Source of the DNA: a virus
Taxonomy: Duplodnaviria; Caudoviricetes
IMG/VR virus record: IMGVR_UViG_3300037780_000052
Location: 1 to 44,481 of that record
DNA length: 44,481 nt
Reading direction: 5' to 3' (one strand)
Shown: in pieces, positions 17,152 to 25,895 of the stretch
Numbering within the stretch: the stretch's first letter is position 1
Layout: every line of letters starts with the position of its first letter
Notes under the pieces: model-generated
What the model was told of the DNA's origin: nothing
Seen by the model: only the letters and a program-made list of their open reading frames with translations
Databases searched by the model: none
Translations under genes and position numbers: made by a program

Positions 17152-17991
17152 TTAATATATATGCACCCAAATTTGAGTAGCATCATAAGAACCGCTATTG
17201 CCTACTTCGATAGTCCATCTACCTTCTCGATAAAATTGATCAGTAGTTACTTTTCTAACAAAGCTTCCTAGATTGATATCGATACCTTCGTCTGTCTGTT
17301 GACTGAGATATGAATTAAAATCAACTATATCAAATTTTAATTCAGTGTTGAATCTCGGAGTTGCTCCTGAACCAACTATAAAACCTTTGTCACTGTTAAG
17401 TTCGTACAAGGTAGATGTGTTGCCACTATTTGTAGGTATATTTGTATTACTGTCGTTAGTTGAAAAAACAAGTTCCGCTGTGGTTACATTTCTAAAAATA
17501 AACATTCTACCAACCATAGCTTCATTTGTATTGTTTTGTACATCGCGCGGTGTGTCAAACGGATCTAAATCACTATCGACTTCTAATATTTTATACCAAA
17601 CATAATGAGAATGATCAACACTATCATCACCGGTACGCCTTTGTACTCGTGTCCAGCCCGGCCAGTCGGTCCAATTTTGCCAACTGTTGCTGCTCTCGCC
17701 ATGTGCCAAAACAACTACTGCAAGATCGTTTATTTTTGCTTCTAGATCTCGAGGATTAAACCCTAGTTGGGCAAAAAAGTTAGTGTTTTCTGTCGCAGGA
17801 ACTGCTTGATCGCCTATAAATCGCGGAACAAGTGGATTTTCGTCCAGATCCCCAACAACAGATAATCTATTAAATTCTAGTGGATTGGCATCAGGAATTG
17901 ATTCAGCATTTCTAGAAACTTCTACTAGACCTTCTTTCACAGGTCTAGTATTTTTTTTTATTTCTAAAAATTTAGCTGGATCAAACCACAT
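17152..17991 (-). CDS. Hypothetical virion protein, possible distal fibre/receptor-binding component (279 aa)
   Basis: Intact ORF coupled (TAATG) to the 942-aa gene; beta-rich composition; last gene of the fibre block. Confidence 0.6.
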   Translation of the reverse strand: MWFDPAKFLEIKKNTRPVKEGLVEVSRNAESIPDANPLEFNRLSVVGDLDENPLVPRFIGDQAVPATENTNFFAQLGFNPRDLEAKINDLAVVVLAHGESSNSWQNWTDWPGWTRVQRRTGDDSVDHSHYVWYKILEVDSDLDPFDTPRDVQNNTNEAMVGRMFIFRNVTTAELVFSTNDSNTNIPTNSGNTSTLYELNSDKGFIVGSGATPRFNTELKFDIVDFNSYLSQQTDEGIDINLGSFVRKVTTDQFYREGRWTIEVGNSGSYDATQIWVHIY

Positions 17992-20819
17992 TAAATGTAT
18001 TCCTTGATATTCACTAGAGTTGTTATAGTGTATGGAGTATCTGATCTAAGTTGTATATTGTATCCTGCTGGAACATAATACAGATCAGTTGTTCTAAATA
18101 ATCCTGTGTCTTCTGATATGATTTCAATCTCTTGACCATTATTTAGGAAGAAATCTGTGCCGGCGCCGTCGTTCAGTTTTAGATAGAATCTAACAATATC
18201 CGGAATACCTGCTACAAGATGTGTTTCATCGACAGTATCTGCAAAAATTTGAAAACTCTGTTTTCCTGTACGATAAAGTGTTGCCCAGCCGCTGCCTTCT
18301 GCGCCTGTTGAAGTAGATTCCGGAGTATCAATATCGTTTTTATTCCATACCCAGATAGGCACTTCTTGATCCACCGTACTTGAATTTTGAAATGCAAATG
18401 CATATGCATATTTAGACACTGCTGCTTGGAAGTTTCGATTGTTTGAGTATGATTCGGCTGCATCGTGCGTCCATCCACGTACATAATTTAGTCTACCGTC
18501 AATGGATGTCCATACATCCATTCTTTGATATTCTTCGTTGTATTGTCCTGCAACTTGAATGCCTGCATTTTTGCCCGAACACGCCTGATACATTGATATA
18601 CCATATCCTAATGTATCATCTGTGTTTGATATTTCGTTTTGTGTAGTATTCATACTACCGAACGAACCTTCTGCATATGCATCGCTGATACCATTACGCT
18701 CATAGTTGTTTTGACTGTTATATGCATAGCTTCCTACTACACGCCACTGACCCGAAGGATATGCTAAACTACAAGGAGTATCTTGAATTAATTTAAAGTT
18801 TGGATGCCAACCTTCTAACCAACTGTTACTGCTGGTACCACTTACACCTGTATTGCTTTCATTTTGCCAATTTTCTCCATCAAATTCCCAGATGTGCAAT
18901 GATACATTGCCCTGAAATCCTAAAGCAAATGCTCTTTCTGTAGTAGTAGTTTCAGTAGTTTGTTCTGTAAATGGTACTATGTTACAAATGAAACTATTGT
19001 TTGTAAGGTTTCTTGGTTCTTTCTGTAGTTTTGTTTTGTTTAGTTTTGCACCATCAGTAACAGGATCAGTAACACACCAATATGTTGTAGTACTAGTGCT
19101 CCAGCGTCCAGATGTTGTGTAACTATTGTTAATTAAACTACCATAGCCGTATATAGTAGCAAATAAAATTCTACCACTCGGTGTTACAGTTAGATCTGCT
19201 ATTCTATAAAGATAACCAAATATCTGCGGAGATAGATCATATAAGCTAACTTCGCTTAGTATATTACCATCTACATCTAATGCATAAATTCTTCCATGGT
19301 AGCCTACAATCCAACAATTTGCTGCTTCGTTCCATGCATAGCATTTTCCTCTATCATGACCCATAGGCAGATAGTTTCCTAAACGATCAAGTTCACCAAC
19401 TCCTTTTGGATCAACTACGTTCTTTCTCGAATAATATTGCGGAACATGATCATCACTTCTTTCATTAGTATCGTAACGATTATAAAGTGGTCTACTGTCA
19501 AATGGATACCATTGTTGTTGGCCGCGTTCAGTTCTAATCGATTCTTCTGATGGAATCAAGTTAGTGTATACACCGTCACTGTCATAAACAACACAAAGTT
19601 GTGCATCACCAATAAATACTGCTCTTTCATCTCCCCAACGGAAACTCTCACTCAATGATTTGGTTGTAGTGTGTTGAAGTGTTAGAGTTGCCTGATTATT
19701 AAGAGCTTGGCTTCCACTGTTTTGTCTATAGAAAAACATATTTTGAGAAGTACTTGTCTGAAGAGTAGCAACAACAGCAAGTTCATTTGTTCCAGTACTC
19801 AGGCATTCACACTGTATACCTGCCCAGCTTCCGATTGTTTGTGCCATCGAAACTGCCGAACCTGGAATATCCCATGTATTTGTACTACTATCATAGGTCA
19901 TAGTTATAATTTGGCCATCATTCCCGTCAGTAGCTGCTGCGATTACATAAGGTGTAACATTTCCTGTTGGGGTTTTGACCATTTCGCACATTGAGAAATG
20001 ATAGGTTGTAGAACTAATTGTTGTACTTGTTAAACTAGTTGCACTGCTTAGTATTCCAGTATCTGGAATATTAAATGCCTGTACGCTCCAATTACTAGAT
20101 GCCCAGCCACCTACTATTACTTGATCCGAATCACCAGGAACAATTGCCAAATCATATGCATAATTATTAGTGGTATTAAAAAAACTTGCACCGGTTAGAT
20201 CAAGATTTTGTATCGAATGATCTACAGTGTTATCTGTTATAGTAAATCTCATCAATCTAAATTGATTTCGAATACGATATGCAGCAACAACTTTAGTAGG
20301 ACTTAAAGCAACTGCTCTGAAATTAGGTTGATTATAGCTTCCAGATAAATCATTTGGTTCTGACCATAAACTATAATTTGTGTCAGAATAAGGAGCGGTA
20401 GGAAGTTGATGGTTTGAAATAGGACCAGCTCTATATCTGCCATTGTCGTATTCTAGTATTTGACAGTGAATGGTGTTGCCGCCCATAAAGTCAATTCTAC
20501 CGCCTCTGTGTTGCCAGTGCGGAAGAAAAAAGATTAAAATTCTATCTTCATCAATCCTAACTGGATACGGAATACCAAAACCATAACCGCTTTGATCACT
20601 AAATTGATATGGAGGAATCGTATCTGCACCAAAATAGGCCCATTCGTCGGCGCCTGTTCCGGATATAAATCTTGTGTCATCAGCAGTGCCATTGATATTA
20701 ATTCCCGTAATTTCTGCAGCGGCTCCTGTAGTATTATTATATACTGTAGTAAATGTACTAGGTACATCCTCAGTAATAATTGCTCTATTAGTTTCTATGT
20801 TTGTAACACTTCTACCCAT
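17991..20819 (-). CDS. Large beta-rich virion protein, probable receptor-binding protein (942 aa)
   Basis: S/T/N/Y/W-rich, propeller-like strand pattern; termini resemble the ~110-aa small-protein family; AAGGA RBS. Confidence 0.6.
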   Translation of the reverse strand: MGRSVTNIETNRAIITEDVPSTFTTVYNNTTGAAAEITGININGTADDTRFISGTGADEWAYFGADTIPPYQFSDQSGYGFGIPYPVRIDEDRILIFFLPHWQHRGGRIDFMGGNTIHCQILEYDNGRYRAGPISNHQLPTAPYSDTNYSLWSEPNDLSGSYNQPNFRAVALSPTKVVAAYRIRNQFRLMRFTITDNTVDHSIQNLDLTGASFFNTTNNYAYDLAIVPGDSDQVIVGGWASSNWSVQAFNIPDTGILSSATSLTSTTISSTTYHFSMCEMVKTPTGNVTPYVIAAATDGNDGQIITMTYDSSTNTWDIPGSAVSMAQTIGSWAGIQCECLSTGTNELAVVATLQTSTSQNMFFYRQNSGSQALNNQATLTLQHTTTKSLSESFRWGDERAVFIGDAQLCVVYDSDGVYTNLIPSEESIRTERGQQQWYPFDSRPLYNRYDTNERSDDHVPQYYSRKNVVDPKGVGELDRLGNYLPMGHDRGKCYAWNEAANCWIVGYHGRIYALDVDGNILSEVSLYDLSPQIFGYLYRIADLTVTPSGRILFATIYGYGSLINNSYTTSGRWSTSTTTYWCVTDPVTDGAKLNKTKLQKEPRNLTNNSFICNIVPFTEQTTETTTTERAFALGFQGNVSLHIWEFDGENWQNESNTGVSGTSSNSWLEGWHPNFKLIQDTPCSLAYPSGQWRVVGSYAYNSQNNYERNGISDAYAEGSFGSMNTTQNEISNTDDTLGYGISMYQACSGKNAGIQVAGQYNEEYQRMDVWTSIDGRLNYVRGWTHDAAESYSNNRNFQAAVSKYAYAFAFQNSSTVDQEVPIWVWNKNDIDTPESTSTGAEGSGWATLYRTGKQSFQIFADTVDETHLVAGIPDIVRFYLKLNDGAGTDFFLNNGQEIEIISEDTGLFRTTDLYYVPAGYNIQLRSDTPYTITTLVNIKEYI

Positions 20820-20841
20820 TTGATTATCCTTTTAATTCTTC

Positions 20842-21165
20842 TTATGTTGTTGAAGTTTCAATTCCGTATGCTATTGCGTTTACATCAGTAGTAGACGATC
20901 TTACAACTATTTTTCTTCCTGAATCTAATATAATACCAGTGCGTTCTAGTACTCCATTTGCCGAAACATTAACGTCATATTCTATCCATTCGGCATTACT
21001 AGGAGCATCTGTGGTTGCGATAGCTATTCTAATCTGAGCCGGACTAGTACCTCTATTACAAATTGAAATACTAGCAACTGTAAAAGTATTCGAAGGACAG
21101 GTATAGAGCGTTGCTAATGTGTTAGCTGCTAAATCTGTCGGTGTTCCTAAAATACCTGATGCCAT
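20842..21165 (-). CDS. Small virion protein, ~110-aa family member 1
   Basis: TLYTCPSNT...SICNRGT...IEYDVNVSANGVLERTGIILDSGRKIVVRS; paralogous to 31966-32295 and 38933-39265; GGAGA RBS. Confidence 0.75.
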   Translation of the reverse strand: MASGILGTPTDLAANTLATLYTCPSNTFTVASISICNRGTSPAQIRIAIATTDAPSNAEWIEYDVNVSANGVLERTGIILDSGRKIVVRSSTTDVNAIAYGIETSTT

Positions 21166-21185
21166 TTAATTGTTCTCCATTTACA

Positions 21186-21208
21186 TATTTATTATAACAG
21201 TATTTATA
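21186..21208 (-). promoter_or_regulatory. Tandem late promoters
   Basis: Perfect TATAAATA at 21201-21208 and ATAAATA at 21186-21192, upstream of the 107-aa gene. Confidence 0.7.
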
Positions 21209-21220
21209 TTAATTATCCTT

Positions 21221-24200
21221 TTAAGATGATAAAAAATAATTCATAGCTACAGGAACTCCATCTACTCCATCTAGAAAATTCATTTTTTGTTCTACATTAA
21301 TTTGTGTTCCAGACGTAGTGCTAATTTCTTGTCCTGTAATAAAGATTTGACCAATTGTTATACTGTTAACATTAAGTGTCCCAGCGCCGCCGCCGATCTG
21401 CGAGGTAATATAAGTTTTAATAGCTTTCTGAGTAGGCACAATATTATCACTGTTTGCAGTAAATGTTCCATCTGCACTAAATTCTGTAACAGTTGCACCA
21501 GTGCCACCTAGTGAAAGTTCACCCAATGACAGTTCTTGCAAACCACTGATGTTAAACGCATCGGCATTTAGAGTAGCAACACCTGTTGATTGTTCTACAC
21601 TAAACAGATCACCGACCCTAAAATTACCATCTTGGTCAGTACTCGTATAGAAAACTCGTCCGCCTCCGGATTCTTGTGTTTCTTTTTCTTCATCAGGTTC
21701 AATCAATGGTAGCCCTGGGTAATTTGTATTTTGAAAATTACCAGTACCTACACTTAAAAAGTCATGCCCTGTTAAACGAACCTGAGAAAATCTCAATCTT
21801 AATTCCAAACCTTCAGCGTGTTCGGGCGCCTCACTGATTGTAAGATCTGGACTAATTTGTAGTTGAGCACTATACAGACCTGTGCCAATATCCTGTTCCA
21901 GATCGCGTACAACAACCAATTTGAAATATCTATCACTTAAACTGTCAAGAGTTAACGTAGATCCTGCAATAGGTTCTTCGGTGAGATTTTCAACTCTTAA
22001 GAATCCGCCCGGTTGGTATAAATCTGCATAGCCGTCGCCTGTTACTTCTACACTTGCTGTTGTAAAACCTGTGCCTCGATCAGTCCATGTTGGCTGAGCA
22101 AGCACGCCATCACCTATTCTTACTTCGTATGGTACATCTATTATATTATTAGGATCTATTAATGTAACTGTAGGAGCACTTGTGTAACCTTGACCGGGAT
22201 CCCATATAGTAAATTTAGTAATAGTTTCATCTTCTACGTAAACTCTACCCTTTGCGGTATTTGCATAGCCGCCGCCACCTTCTGGTGCACTAAATATTAC
22301 TCTTGGTTCTACTCTATAAGTAGTGGTTTCATCCAGTTGTGCTTCTATAGAAGCGTTTGATACATGATCCCAACCAGCTGTTCCGTCACTGTGTTTATAA
22401 ATTTCAGCAACTTTTGTACCACTATTGTATGAATTAATGTATCCATATTGGCCTGCACCTGTTCCCGAAATAATAAAAATACTCATTCCTGTATACTGCC
22501 CACTTGTTGCATTGTCTGTGTTTGACAATGTTATAGTCGTAGTATCACCCGATTGAGCTACATTTTCATTTGTTAAATATCCTGATCCACCTGTATCTGG
22601 TGTACTATCCGCATCAAGGTCAGTATCTAATAATCTAACTTCAAAAACACTGCCATTTTTCACAGTAGGATTATCAATACTTGCGCCGAATCCTTCACCT
22701 GTAATAACAAAAGATGTACCTTCAGCAGTATAATTTACACCAGCATTTAAATATTCAAATATTAGAATATCATCACCATCTGTAAACACATTATCGACAA
22801 TTGCTTCAAATGCTTGGTTTGTGACTGTACCTATATTTGGAATTTCTGTATTGTCAACGCCTTCAGCAACAGTACCAAATGTACCGTATGATGAATTACC
22901 ATTTGTAGCACGTATCTTACCGCCATTTTCTGCAAGATAGCCTATATGTGCATAATATGAGAATACACTAACAAGTTCTGCTCTACCTAAATTAGTTACC
23001 CATGCACCAATACCGTCACTAATTACTTGTGTAAAGTCGTTTGCAACAATACTATCATTGCCGCCATTGTGCAGATCTCCGTCAACTTTCATACCTATAC
23101 ATGCTGTACCAAAAGTTGTAACATTTTGTACGTATGGCGATCGAGTAGTGATCCATACTCTTTGGTCATCAGGTCCCCATCCTGGATCTAATGAACAATA
23201 TGCCCCTGCTGTCGGACGTTTTGTTCCGAATTCATTTTCATTACCTAATGTGCCTGTTAGTCCTGCTACAGTGCAATTTCTTAAGCCTGTAGCATTTCTC
23301 AGATAAAACATATCTTCTGTTAATGATCCAGTTACAGCATTCACATAAAATTTTGCAGCCATTAATGAATTATAATTGCCTCCGGCTATTAGATCATATT
23401 GCACTGCATCTAGATATCTATTAACATCTCTACGGCACCTATCTTCATTATAACTGTAAGCAGGATACGTATCTGCAATGTAAGCAATTACTTCTTCTAC
23501 TAAAAACGTTCTATTTTTCTCAATTGCTTCAACTGCATATGTGTATTCTGTGCTTGTTCTAGGTGTATTAGATCCTTGCATCTTAGGCTCTGTAGAATCT
23601 CCTGTTACACCATTTACGCCCCAATCAATATAATCATATATTTGTCGCATCAGATCCGATGCTTCACTTGCACTTGTACTGTCACCTAATACCGGTGAAG
23701 TATCTACATAGTTTTCTAAATTGCTTGCGCTTTTACCTATATCGTCCGCGCCTGTGATTACTTCGTTAATAAACGGTATCAGATGTTCAACTGCTGCTAA
23801 AGTATACGGAGTATCTGCACTATCAACAAGCTGTCCTGCAGGCTCGATTCTAGCCGAACGTAGTTCGTCGCCCACAACTGCTGTTTTCTGCGGTATTCGA
23901 ATCGGTAGTACCTCATTATATAGGCCAGTTTTTACAAATATAGTATTGTTTGGAATTCTCTCAGCTGGTATACCAGCATCTGTTCCTGCTGTAACAGCAT
24001 CTGTTATAATTGCTAACAATCCTTCAATTAAACCTTGTGCATCACTTTCTTCTTCTAAACTTGCGTCGCTGTATCTTGTTATACTCCCATAAGTAACGGC
24101 AGGAGCCAGGTTACTTATTACTGCATCAATTACTGTTGACATGTAATTAATAGCCGCAACCAGTTGCTCGTCTTCGTCTGCAATAGCAGCTATTAAACTT

Positions 24201-25858
24201 CCGCCATCAAAATACGTCAGTGCCGCAGCTCTTGTTTTTTCGTTTCCACCGTGTGTTATATCATAAACAACAGCATCGAGTATTTGACCCATATCTCTTC
24301 GGCATGTTGTTTCACTGTCATTCGTGAATCCTGCCCAAATACCGGTACCTCCGGCAATCTGTGCATTTACCCACTCAACCGTTTCGTCTGTAATATATGC
24401 TCTGTTATTTTCGATTAATTTTCTAGCATTGGGGCGCAGAGGACCTTTTTCAATTTCTTCTGCTGCGTACCTAATTGTTTTCCATGGCTGATCAATATTA
24501 GATCCATATACAGGTGCAGGCTCGTCTACTCCAGTTTGCGATTCGACATAGTAGACATTATAAATTTCACCCCAATATTTCCATTCAGGTGCAGTTCCCG
24601 CTGCATTTACTACTAAACTTTGACCTTTTTTACCGATAGGTAATCTAGTAGGTCCTGAACCACTATAAAATAACAAATCGCCTTGTGTAGTAAGATTTGA
24701 TTCTTCAGGGCCTGCTGCTATTAAATTCCAGAAATTACCTACTAGATCTTGATCTGGTCTGTTTTGAGCAATAACTTCGTCCGATGTATGAGTTTGTATA
24801 CAAATATAACTATTGACATCGTATCTTATCAAGTCTCCTAGTTGATAAATTGTAGCATCAGTCCATTCACCTTTCCAATCTAATCCACTATTTAATTGAG
24901 CCCAATAGGTTTCGTTTGGTGGTGGGAATCCATTGTGAGTTTTGACACACAAATATGTGTAACCATTTAATCTAACAACATCACCTGTCAAATAATCTTG
25001 ATCGGAACTGTCTTCTGCATATTCGCCAGCCCACCTAAAACCTGTACTAAAAAGATCCCAATCGTCCAAAACCTCACTAGGTTTAGACCCCTGATTAAAA
25101 GTTTTTGCGATATATGAATATCCACCATAGGTGACAAAATCACCCGGTTGATAATTGATGTTTGCTCTCCAACTATCTTCAAATTCTAAACCATCAACAA
25201 ATTGATTCCATTTAGATTCGTCATCAACAAAGGATCCTTGACTAGTATGATGCTGTATACAAATCCAAATACTTCCTCCATATTTTACTAGATCATTTAC
25301 ACGGTATCTAGTAGTAGGGTTCCAGTCTGCTTTATAATTAACTCCTGCCGTAAATGTTTCCCACTTGGCTTGATCAGCTTCTAGCCCATCTGTTTCTGTA
25401 ACAGAACTTATATGAGATTCTATACAAACATAAATTATTCCACTATATCTAACTAAGTCGTTAATTTTATATTTTGTGCCAGTTGTCCAATCTGATTTAT
25501 AATCAAAACTTGTTGCAAACTCTTCCCAATTAGCAATATCATTTTCAAGACCCGCTGTTTCTGTATCGGCACTGGTATGTGCATCAATGCAGATATATAT
25601 GTTACCGCCATATTTTACTAGATCATTTACTGCATAATGTGTTGAAGTAGACCAATTTCCTCTCCATTGCTGGCCATCGCTTATTTTATTCCAATATGCT
25701 TCTTGGTCGTTTTCAAAATACGTTGTAGAATTATGTCCTATAATACAGACAAATGTATTACCACCTTGTCTTACAACATCGTCTTTATAATATCTTGTAG
25801 TAGCAGTCCAGTTGCCTTTCCAAACAAATCTAATTCTACCTAATTTAAATTCAGCCAT
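21221..25858 (-). CDS. Large fibre/appendage protein with 7 N-terminal CBM5/12-like repeats and beta-helix region (1545 aa)
   Basis: Seven W-x-G-x-W-x5-Y-x3-D-x-V-x-Y-x-G-x2-Y-x-C-x3-H-x-S repeats, then YYVES...PWKTIRYA, IFVKTGLYNEVLPI, VVGDELRS, RSPYVQNVT, SIVANDFTQV, RLTGHDFL, FYTSTDQDGNFRVG. Confidence 0.8.
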   Translation of the reverse strand: MAEFKLGRIRFVWKGNWTATTRYYKDDVVRQGGNTFVCIIGHNSTTYFENDQEAYWNKISDGQQWRGNWSTSTHYAVNDLVKYGGNIYICIDAHTSADTETAGLENDIANWEEFATSFDYKSDWTTGTKYKINDLVRYSGIIYVCIESHISSVTETDGLEADQAKWETFTAGVNYKADWNPTTRYRVNDLVKYGGSIWICIQHHTSQGSFVDDESKWNQFVDGLEFEDSWRANINYQPGDFVTYGGYSYIAKTFNQGSKPSEVLDDWDLFSTGFRWAGEYAEDSSDQDYLTGDVVRLNGYTYLCVKTHNGFPPPNETYWAQLNSGLDWKGEWTDATIYQLGDLIRYDVNSYICIQTHTSDEVIAQNRPDQDLVGNFWNLIAAGPEESNLTTQGDLLFYSGSGPTRLPIGKKGQSLVVNAAGTAPEWKYWGEIYNVYYVESQTGVDEPAPVYGSNIDQPWKTIRYAAEEIEKGPLRPNARKLIENNRAYITDETVEWVNAQIAGGTGIWAGFTNDSETTCRRDMGQILDAVVYDITHGGNEKTRAAALTYFDGGSLIAAIADEDEQLVAAINYMSTVIDAVISNLAPAVTYGSITRYSDASLEEESDAQGLIEGLLAIITDAVTAGTDAGIPAERIPNNTIFVKTGLYNEVLPIRIPQKTAVVGDELRSARIEPAGQLVDSADTPYTLAAVEHLIPFINEVITGADDIGKSASNLENYVDTSPVLGDSTSASEASDLMRQIYDYIDWGVNGVTGDSTEPKMQGSNTPRTSTEYTYAVEAIEKNRTFLVEEVIAYIADTYPAYSYNEDRCRRDVNRYLDAVQYDLIAGGNYNSLMAAKFYVNAVTGSLTEDMFYLRNATGLRNCTVAGLTGTLGNENEFGTKRPTAGAYCSLDPGWGPDDQRVWITTRSPYVQNVTTFGTACIGMKVDGDLHNGGNDSIVANDFTQVISDGIGAWVTNLGRAELVSVFSYYAHIGYLAENGGKIRATNGNSSYGTFGTVAEGVDNTEIPNIGTVTNQAFEAIVDNVFTDGDDILIFEYLNAGVNYTAEGTSFVITGEGFGASIDNPTVKNGSVFEVRLLDTDLDADSTPDTGGSGYLTNENVAQSGDTTTITLSNTDNATSGQYTGMSIFIISGTGAGQYGYINSYNSGTKVAEIYKHSDGTAGWDHVSNASIEAQLDETTTYRVEPRVIFSAPEGGGGYANTAKGRVYVEDETITKFTIWDPGQGYTSAPTVTLIDPNNIIDVPYEVRIGDGVLAQPTWTDRGTGFTTASVEVTGDGYADLYQPGGFLRVENLTEEPIAGSTLTLDSLSDRYFKLVVVRDLEQDIGTGLYSAQLQISPDLTISEAPEHAEGLELRLRFSQVRLTGHDFLSVGTGNFQNTNYPGLPLIEPDEEKETQESGGGRVFYTSTDQDGNFRVGDLFSVEQSTGVATLNADAFNISGLQELSLGELSLGGTGATVTEFSADGTFTANSDNIVPTQKAIKTYITSQIGGGAGTLNVNSITIGQIFITGQEISTTSGTQINVEQKMNFLDGVDGVPVAMNYFLSS
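21618..21654. repeat. 37-bp perfect direct repeat, copy 1 (copy 2 at 26299-26335)
   Basis: ctaaaattaccatcttggtcagtactcgtatagaaaa is identical in both paralogous fibre genes. Confidence 0.95.
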
Positions 25859-25881
25859 TTATTTACTCCAGCACTTTAGCT

Positions 25882-25888
25882 TATTTAT
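25882..25888 (-). promoter_or_regulatory. Late promoter ATAAATA
   Basis: gATAAATAagct upstream of the GGAG RBS of the 1545-aa gene. Confidence 0.7.
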
Positions 25889-25895
25889 CTGCATT

